From an uncultured Verrucomicrobiae bacterium (GTDB lineage Bacteria; Verrucomicrobiota; Verrucomicrobiia; Limisphaerales; SIBH01), in the NCBI GenBank assembly GCA_963760275.1, contig CAVXCM010000011.1, positions 356,463-420,462 of the forward strand: a stretch of 64,000 bases of DNA, written 5' to 3'. Made by a program: the position numbers and the translations under genes. This document shows, one piece after another, positions 57,906 through 64,000 of this stretch (positions are counted from its first letter, which is position 1; each line of letters opens with the position of its first letter). Below the pieces are notes generated by a model. It searched no databases and was not told the DNA's origin. It was given only the letters and a program-made list of their open reading frames with translations.

Positions 57906-59285
57906 ATGACGCTGATCATCACGGTTATCGTCGTCGCATTGATTTTCGAGTACATCAATGGCTTCCACGACACGGCCAATTCAATCGCCACGGTTGTCTC
58001 TACGAAGGTTTTAACGCCGCGCCAGGCGATCATTCTCGCCGCCCTGACGAATCTTTTGGGCGCCTTCTTCGGGCTGGCTGTAGCCAAGACGATTTCGAGC
58101 GGTCTGGTGGAATCGTCATTCGTGACGCAAGAGGTGATCATCTGCGCACTGCTCGGCGCCATTAGCTGGAATTTGCTCACGTGGTGGTTTGGGATTCCCA
58201 GCAGTTCCACTCATGCTCTCGTGGGCGGATTGGTGGGAGCGACGCTCGCTGCCGCCGTCTGCATCGCCGCCGCCAAACCGCTGGTCAACAAAGCCGGGCA
58301 GCCGGTGTCGGTCTGGAGCTCGATCAAGTGGAAGGAAGTTAAAGAGAAAAAAGATCACAGCCTCACTGCGGCGCCGCCAGAGGTAATTGCCGCGCTGGGC
58401 GACCGGGTGAACACAAACGGCACCCACTCCCTCCAAATAGGAACCAATAAAGTCCAAGCCGTAGTGTTCTCCGGCCGTGTGAAGATGGTCAGGGAGAAAA
58501 TGAAAATGGATCGCGGCGGAGTCCTGCACAAGGTGGTCATTCCAATGATCACTTCGCCCCTGATCGGTTTTGTCGGAGGGTTGTTGCTGATGAGCCTTCT
58601 TTACCTGCTGCTTCTGAAAGCCCGCCCCGATTGGGTGAACCGCGTCTTCGGCAAGCTTCAGCTGGTGAGCGCCGGGTACATGGGTTTCAGCCACGGCATG
58701 AACGACGCTACGAAGACGATGGGCATCATCACCCTCGCCTTGGTGGCCGCAACGAACACCGGCGTTTTGAAAGATATTTCCCCGGCATTTTCCTTTCTCG
58801 TCACCCCGGAAGGTTCGGACCCGCTGCATCTTCCTGTTGGCAGTCAACTCATCAGCTGGCTGCCTTCATGGCTGCAATTCGGCTACATGCCACCCATTGG
58901 TGACGCCAAAAACCAGCTGGTTCCGCCTTGGGTTGTCGTCACCTGTGCCTTGACCATGGCTGCGGGCACCGCGGCGGGCGGCTGGAAAATTATTAAAACA
59001 ATGGGCCACAAAATGGTGAAGCTTCAGCCTGTGCATGGTTTCGCGGCGGAAACCACAGCCGCAACCGTCCTTGCCGTCACCGGCACTTTGGGAATGCCAG
59101 TATCCACCACTCATGCAATCACGACCTCGATCCTGGGTGTAGGCTGCGCGAAAAGGCTTAGCTCGCTGAAGTTTAAGGTAATCGAGCGTATCATCTGGGC
59201 GTGGATCTTTACGATTCCCGCCACGGCGGCGGTGGCCTTTGCGATGGTTTGGCTCAGTAATAAGCTCGGGTTGATTCGTTTTTGA
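57906..59285 (+). CDS. pit: Inorganic phosphate transporter (PiT family)
   Basis: NGFHDTANSIAT, GIPSSSTHAL.GG, SHGMND..K.MG, GG..I.KT.G and G.PVSTTH motifs. Confidence 0.93.
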   Translation: MTLIITVIVVALIFEYINGFHDTANSIATVVSTKVLTPRQAIILAALTNLLGAFFGLAVAKTISSGLVESSFVTQEVIICALLGAISWNLLTWWFGIPSSSTHALVGGLVGATLAAAVCIAAAKPLVNKAGQPVSVWSSIKWKEVKEKKDHSLTAAPPEVIAALGDRVNTNGTHSLQIGTNKVQAVVFSGRVKMVREKMKMDRGGVLHKVVIPMITSPLIGFVGGLLLMSLLYLLLLKARPDWVNRVFGKLQLVSAGYMGFSHGMNDATKTMGIITLALVAATNTGVLKDISPAFSFLVTPEGSDPLHLPVGSQLISWLPSWLQFGYMPPIGDAKNQLVPPWVVVTCALTMAAGTAAGGWKIIKTMGHKMVKLQPVHGFAAETTAATVLAVTGTLGMPVSTTHAITTSILGVGCAKRLSSLKFKVIERIIWAWIFTIPATAAVAFAMVWLSNKLGLIRF

Positions 59286-59438
59286 GTCATCGCGGGCGTT
59301 CACCCGACGCTGACTTGGACTTCCTCAATTAACCGCTTGCGCCATCGGAGGTCGTTCCTATAGTCCGCGTGCAGTTGTCGCCGGGGCACCGTGGATTGAG
59401 CGCGACACCAAACTCGAATTCCAAATTAAAGGACAATC

Positions 59439-60053
59439 ATGGCTTACCAATACGTGAACAAGCAGGAAGCTCTCTTTGCAAAAGTGAAGGGCAAGACCGG
59501 CAAGATTTCCGACAAAACTCACGAAGAGCACCTCAAACTTTATACGGGTTACATCAACAAGACGAATGCGATCCTGAAGGAACTGGAAACGCTTTCCGCC
59601 ACACTGGATCCCGCAAATCCGGCGCACGCCAACCAGATTTACTCAGAGATTCGCTCGCGCAAAGTTGATTTCACCTTCGCACTTGGCGGCGTGATCAACC
59701 ATGAGTTGTATTTCAACAACCTCGGTGGCAAGGGCGGGCCCGCAACCGGCAAAGTTGCGGAATTGATTAACAAGAGCTTCGGCAGTTTCGACGCTTACAA
59801 AAAAGACCTCAAGGCCACAGGGATTGCCGCGCGCGGCTGGGTGTGGACTGGTTACGATGCGCAGACTGGTCTTCTCTTCAATTACTTGGGCGACGCGCAA
59901 AACACCTTTCCCGTCTGGGGGGTCAAACCGGTGCTCGCCCTCGACGTCTACGAACATGCGTACTTCGCCGACTTCTTCACAGCTCGCGCCGTCTACATCG
60001 ATGAGTTCATGAACTTCATCGATTGGGATGCGGTCAATGCGCAACTTGGCTGA
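59439..60053 (+). CDS. Fe/Mn superoxide dismutase family protein
   Basis: H..H..LY.GY, NHELYF.NL, FGS, GW and LDVYEHAY..D motifs; AAGGA RBS. Confidence 0.9.
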   Translation: MAYQYVNKQEALFAKVKGKTGKISDKTHEEHLKLYTGYINKTNAILKELETLSATLDPANPAHANQIYSEIRSRKVDFTFALGGVINHELYFNNLGGKGGPATGKVAELINKSFGSFDAYKKDLKATGIAARGWVWTGYDAQTGLLFNYLGDAQNTFPVWGVKPVLALDVYEHAYFADFFTARAVYIDEFMNFIDWDAVNAQLG

Positions 60054-60070
60054 AACATTTAGGACTTTGC

Positions 60071-60106
60071 AACGCGGCGGCCGAAAGGTTCGCCGCGTTT
60101 TCTTTT
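60071..60106 (+). terminator. Rho-independent terminator after SOD
   Basis: AACGCGGCG...CGCCGCGTT stem with a GAAA-containing loop followed by TTCTTTT. Confidence 0.8.
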
Positions 60107-60205
60107 GCGGCCGAATACTCCACACGACGGACAGCCGGCTTTCATGACGGGGGAAAAACTCGTTGCGCAGCCTTCCCGAGCTCTGCACATTAACGCCACT
60201 TCGGC

Positions 60206-60293
60206 GGAGAGATGGCTGAGTGGTTTAAGGCACACGCCTGGAAAGCGTGCGTAGGTAACACTACCGGGGGTTCGAATCCCCCTCTCTCCGCCA
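60206..60293 (+). tRNA. tRNA-Ser(GGA)
   Basis: GGAGAGA/TCTCTCC acceptor stem, anticodon arm CACGC-CT-GGA-AA-GCGTG, long variable arm, TTCGAAT T-loop, encoded CCA. Confidence 0.97.
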
Positions 60294-60420
60294 GGTCTCT
60301 CTGCGGCATCTTCCACTTCCCAGCTGGGAATGATTCGCACAACTCTGCAAACCTCTCATCCTGGATATCTTCACTGAGCGACGAATCGTCGCCATTCGCC
60401 CGACCGTTTTTGGACGTATT

Positions 60421-60831
60421 CTACCTTTCAGGGGGAAGCGGCCTCGGCGGGCGGGCGGATAAAGAACTGGCAGAAAGATTGTGTTGGAAAATTAACTTTT
60501 GTAGCGTCAACGCAAGCTCATCGGCGTTAAAAGGCTTCCAAATGAACGCATCACCGTTCATGACCAAATCACTGTCACATTGTCCACTCATAAACATGAC
60601 TGGTATGCGGGCTGTGGAAGGATTCGACTTCAGAGCCACGAGGACATCCGCCCCTCCCATTCCTGGCATTCGCATGTCGCAAAGGACGGCATCAGGCATC
60701 TCCGCGCCGACTAATTCTATCCCGCTCAAACCGGAGGTGGCCACTTGGACGTCATAACCGTGAATCCGTAAAAGGGCCGCAGTGACATGGCCCACCATTT
60801 CATCATCATCAATTACAACAATTTTATACAC
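60421..60831 (-). CDS. Single-domain response regulator (receiver)
   Basis: IVVIDDD, CDMRMP.M.G, PV.FMS and KPF motifs. Confidence 0.82.
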   Translation of the reverse strand: MYKIVVIDDDEMVGHVTAALLRIHGYDVQVATSGLSGIELVGAEMPDAVLCDMRMPGMGGADVLVALKSNPSTARIPVMFMSGQCDSDLVMNGDAFIWKPFNADELALTLQKLIFQHNLSASSLSARPPRPLPPER

Positions 60832-61066
60832 GGTTAGATCCCAGCGGAAACGAATCGCAGTTAACGTCTTGACGGGGTTTTCAACCGGATATTCGACGAA
60901 GTTCCAAGGCGCAGTCGTTGGACGGCAAGCGTGTACGCGATAGCGGAGGGATCTCTTGCCGAATCGCCGAAAGGCTCCTGACCGCTTGCCGCATCGCGCC
61001 CGGTTTCCCTAAGGTCTCGCTTGTAGACAGCCGAAACTAACGGCACGACGATCAACTCGAAACAAC

Positions 61067-62482
61067 ATGGCTCAAATTAAATTCGGGACCGACGGATGGC
61101 GTGCAATTATCGCCGAAGATTTCACTTTCCAGAATCTCGAACGAGTGGCGCAAGCGACGGCCGACTTTTGGAAACGTCATCCCGTAGCAGGCGCTGAAAA
61201 GCACATCATCGTTGGGTATGACCGCCGATTCCTGTCGGATCAATTCGCGCGTCGAACTGCCGAGGTAATGCTGGGCAACGACTTCGAAGTGACTCTGACT
61301 TCCAACCCCACCCCGACGCCATCCGTTTCCTTTGCCGTGAAAGCAGCCCGCGCGACGGGAGGAATCATGATTACGGCGAGCCACAATCCACCGGCCTTCA
61401 ACGGCTTTAAACTCAAGGCACATTTCGGCGGCTCTGCGGAACCGAGCACCTGCCAGGCGATCGAAGGACTGCTCGACGCGTCGCCAGTCCAGGCAAAATC
61501 GTTCCCGACTCAGAGCAACGGTGCAGTCCACCTGAAGGATATCCGCGCGGAACATTTCGCTGCCATCAAGGGCCTTGTGGATTTCAAACTCATCGCCAAA
61601 TCCAAGTTGAAGTTTGCGCATGATCCACTCTTCGGCGTTGGCGCCGGCTGCTTCGAACAATTGCTTGCCGGCACCACCTGTCGTGTGACCACCCTGAACG
61701 CCAATCACGATCCAAACTTCGGGGGAATCAATCCGGAACCGATCGCGAAAAATTACACAAAGACCACCGCCTACCTTAAAAAGCATCCCCATGACATTTG
61801 CCTGGTGACGGATGGCGATGCAGACCGCGTCGGCGGCATGGATGGACGGGGCAACCCGCTATCGACCCATCAGCTTATCTGCCTGTTGCTTCATCATTAT
61901 GTGGTTAATCGCCGGGCCAAGGGACGCATGATTAAAGCCCTTACGACCACATCAATGGTGGACAAGATGTGCGCGGCGCTTGGGTTGGAATTGGTGGAAA
62001 CCGGCGTGGGCTTCAAGTACATCGCCGCCGAAATGCTGAAAGGTAACTACGTCCTTGGCGCTGAGGAAAGCGGCGGGATCGGTTTTCCAGGACATATTCC
62101 CGAACGTGACGGCATCATGGCTGGACTGATGTTGCTCGAGATGCTGGCCACGGAAAAAACATCGATCAATAAGCTAATCGCTCGCTTGGAAAAGGAATTC
62201 GGCCCGCATCATTACGCGCGAATCGATGCTCACTTCCCTGTGGAAAAGCGATTGGCATTGATGGAGTTCTGCAAAGCCAACCCGCCGTCGAAATTAATCA
62301 AATCGCCACTGGCTGAAGTAAAAGCCTACGACGGAGTGAAGTTCATTGCGCGCGACGGCGCGTGGTTGATGCTGCGAGGCTCCGGCACCGAACCCATCCT
62401 GCGCATCTACGCGGAAGCATCGACCCAGGCGGGAGCCCATCGACTGCTGGAGGAGGGATTGCGCATGACCAAACGGGTTTAG
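61067..62482 (+). CDS. Phosphoglucomutase/phosphomannomutase family protein
   Basis: FGTDGWR, TASHNP, DGDADR, GFKY, EESGG and R.SGTEP..RIYAE motifs. Confidence 0.94.
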   Translation: MAQIKFGTDGWRAIIAEDFTFQNLERVAQATADFWKRHPVAGAEKHIIVGYDRRFLSDQFARRTAEVMLGNDFEVTLTSNPTPTPSVSFAVKAARATGGIMITASHNPPAFNGFKLKAHFGGSAEPSTCQAIEGLLDASPVQAKSFPTQSNGAVHLKDIRAEHFAAIKGLVDFKLIAKSKLKFAHDPLFGVGAGCFEQLLAGTTCRVTTLNANHDPNFGGINPEPIAKNYTKTTAYLKKHPHDICLVTDGDADRVGGMDGRGNPLSTHQLICLLLHHYVVNRRAKGRMIKALTTTSMVDKMCAALGLELVETGVGFKYIAAEMLKGNYVLGAEESGGIGFPGHIPERDGIMAGLMLLEMLATEKTSINKLIARLEKEFGPHHYARIDAHFPVEKRLALMEFCKANPPSKLIKSPLAEVKAYDGVKFIARDGAWLMLRGSGTEPILRIYAEASTQAGAHRLLEEGLRMTKRV

Positions 62483-62582
62483 GCGCTTTGAGTAGCCAGC
62501 CTTGGTGCAGGGTTGAAACCGTCATCGGCGCACCCGCGTCTGTGTTTGTCGTTCGCAATACGAAATCTCAACACCTGCATCC

Positions 62583-63282
62583 ATGAAACAAACACTCTTA
62601 TTGATGACGCTCGGCTTATTCACTTCCGCCTTATTAGCCGCAGAAAATCCGAAGGCAGAAGTAAAGGCCGCGGCCAAGAAACTCGGTGACAAACCCAACT
62701 ACAGTTGGACCTCGACGCCAAAGATGGAAGGCGGTGGCGGCGGAGGAAACTTTCGACCCGGCCCGACCGATGGCCAAACGGCCGATGGGATTGTTTATCT
62801 CAAGTCGACCGTCGGCGATCGCACGATGGAAATTGCCGCTAAGGGCGAAAAAGTGATGGTCAAAGGCGAGGAAGGCTGGGAACCGGCAGAGGAGGCGCAG
62901 GGTCTCGCACAATTTGCGTCGCGCCGCATGCGCACATTCAAAGCACCCGCGGCAGAAGCAGCCGACTTGGCAGATAAAGCGAAGTCTTTAAAGGCCGCGG
63001 ACGGCGTAATCACCGGTGACCTCACCGAAGATGGAGCCAAGGCCTTATTGAGTATGGGGCGCCGATTGAACGCGGATGCTCCCGCACCCAAAGAGGCCAA
63101 AGGCTCCGTGAAGTTTTGGGTGAAGGACGGCGAGTTGGCAAAGTACCGAGTACAACGTTCAAGGCAAGGTCATTGGCCGCGAGGACAATGAAATCGAAGT
63201 GAACCGCACAACGACCGTGGAAATCAAAGACGCAGGCAAAACCAAGCTCGGGTTGTCGGACGACATTAAGAAACGCCTTTGA
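62583..63282 (+). CDS. Secreted hypothetical protein (one-base insertion near 63146)
   Basis: Signal peptide; after ...GELAKY the shifted frame continues EYNVQGKVIGREDNEIEVNRTTTVEIKDAGKTK...KKRL* to 63282. Confidence 0.7.
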
Positions 63283-63411
63283 AGGATCTGGATGAAGCAG
63301 AACCCGGCACGGAAACGTGCCGGGTCTATAATTGCCTCCGCATTGCCTAGCCGAGTCACGATGGGAGATTTTCTTGCCGTCATCTTCCCACAAGGCATAT
63401 TCCGCAAGGTT

Positions 63412-63488
63412 GCGCGCGTAGCTCAATTGGATAGAGCGTTGGCCTCCGAAGCCGAAGGTTGTGGGTTCAACTCCCACCGCACGCACCA
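63412..63488 (+). tRNA. tRNA-Arg(CCG)
   Basis: D-arm GCTC-AATTGGATA-GAGC, anticodon arm TTGGC-CT-CCG-AA-GCCGA, GTGGG-TTCAACT-CCCAC T-arm, encoded CCA; C4:A69 mismatch in the acceptor stem. Confidence 0.93.
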
Positions 63489-63492
63489 CTTC

Positions 63493-63903
63493 TTAACGAA
63501 TGCGCGGAGCTGTTCCCGGTGATGGCGCATTGCCCACGGACGGAGCGTTACCTACCGATGGCGCCTTTCCCACGGACGGAGCTTCTCCAACTGACGGGGC
63601 GTTCCCAAGCGACGGCGCACTTCCCGGCGCGGGGGTTTCCACGGGCGGGCCTTTACGCTCTCCGGAATCCAAAACATTTCCAGGCGGAGCCACTTGGTTT
63701 AGTCCGTTCGTGCGCAAGCCATTCGTAAAACTGCCTGCACTTTGTCCCGCATCTCTAGCGGGGGCACCCACGCCGAGCGCGTTGGTTTGAATCCTCGGAT
63801 CGCTCGGGAACACCGGCTTCAGACGGCGGTCGCTCTGGGCAGATAAGCTCGCTGCTCCAAACGTAAATGCCATCACGCCATATAGAATAATTCTGTAAGT
63901 CAT
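63493..63903 (-). CDS. Secreted low-complexity protein with GxAPSV hexapeptide repeats
   Basis: AAGGAGG RBS, ATG 63903, signal peptide, Pro/Gly-rich body. Confidence 0.72.
   Translation of the reverse strand: MTYRIILYGVMAFTFGAASLSAQSDRRLKPVFPSDPRIQTNALGVGAPARDAGQSAGSFTNGLRTNGLNQVAPPGNVLDSGERKGPPVETPAPGSAPSLGNAPSVGEAPSVGKAPSVGNAPSVGNAPSPGTAPRIR
63505..63625 (-). repeat. About 6.5 degenerate 18-nt tandem units encoding G[SNEKT]APS[LVP]
   Basis: Units vary at synonymous positions while the peptide repeat is kept. Confidence 0.8.
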
Positions 63904-64000
63904 AATTCCTCCTTGGCCGCATCGAGAGCGACAACCCAACCTCAATGCAATCCGCTCCCGCGCAAGGGATCCCATCTCCGGGAGATTCCCTCGGGCCGAT

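Noticed and set aside
60212-60757. ORFs overlapping the tRNAs (60212-60757, 60059-60340, 63022-63489)
   Set aside because: These are spurious translations through tRNA genes or antisense to real genes.
60294-61066. Genomic island integrated at tRNA-Ser
   Set aside because: Only a lone receiver gene follows. No integrase or duplicated tRNA 3' end was seen.
63505-63625. Possible CRISPR or non-coding tandem array
   Set aside because: The 18-nt units have no spacers and vary at synonymous positions, so this is a coding peptide repeat. No cas genes are present.

Overview
Chromosomal window from a GC-rich bacterium, most likely Verrucomicrobiota (Pedosphaerales/Limisphaerales-like, inferred from gene content and protein style). 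In order: a BBP2-type beta-barrel porin, an MBL hydrolase, a candidate structured small RNA with its own terminator, a gamma-carbonic anhydrase and an AI-2E transporter. Next is a ~18 kb surface-glycan locus (YfhO-type GT-C, flippase, glycosyltransferases, GDP-mannose dehydratase, sugar C-methyltransferase and seven other SAM methyltransferases) interrupted by two divergent secreted LamG proteins, one carrying an apparently identical 617-nt internal duplication. Housekeeping genes follow (rnd, acyl-CoA ligase, GH43, M23, ModF-like ATPase, nagB, rpsA, tyrS, lptF/G, GAF kinase, apaG, beta-CASP nuclease, aminotransferase, clpX/clpP). Then comes a ~14 kb phosphate super-locus: divergent membrane PPase, phoR/phoB, pstB-pstB-pstA-pstC-pstS, PhoU fused to a Cys-to-Asp pseudo-LMW-phosphatase domain, a DDE-less IS1182-like (DUF772) gene, a porin, DUF47 and Pit, with 11-bp-phased Pho-box-like repeats. 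The window ends with SOD, tRNA-Ser(GGA), a PGM/PMM, tRNA-Arg(CCG) and small secreted proteins. About 20 single-base indels (manual count, clustered at 42.6-47.4 kb) break conserved genes and are most likely sequencing errors. No CRISPR array, rRNA or intact mobile element was seen. All family assignments come from motif recognition by eye, not database searches.
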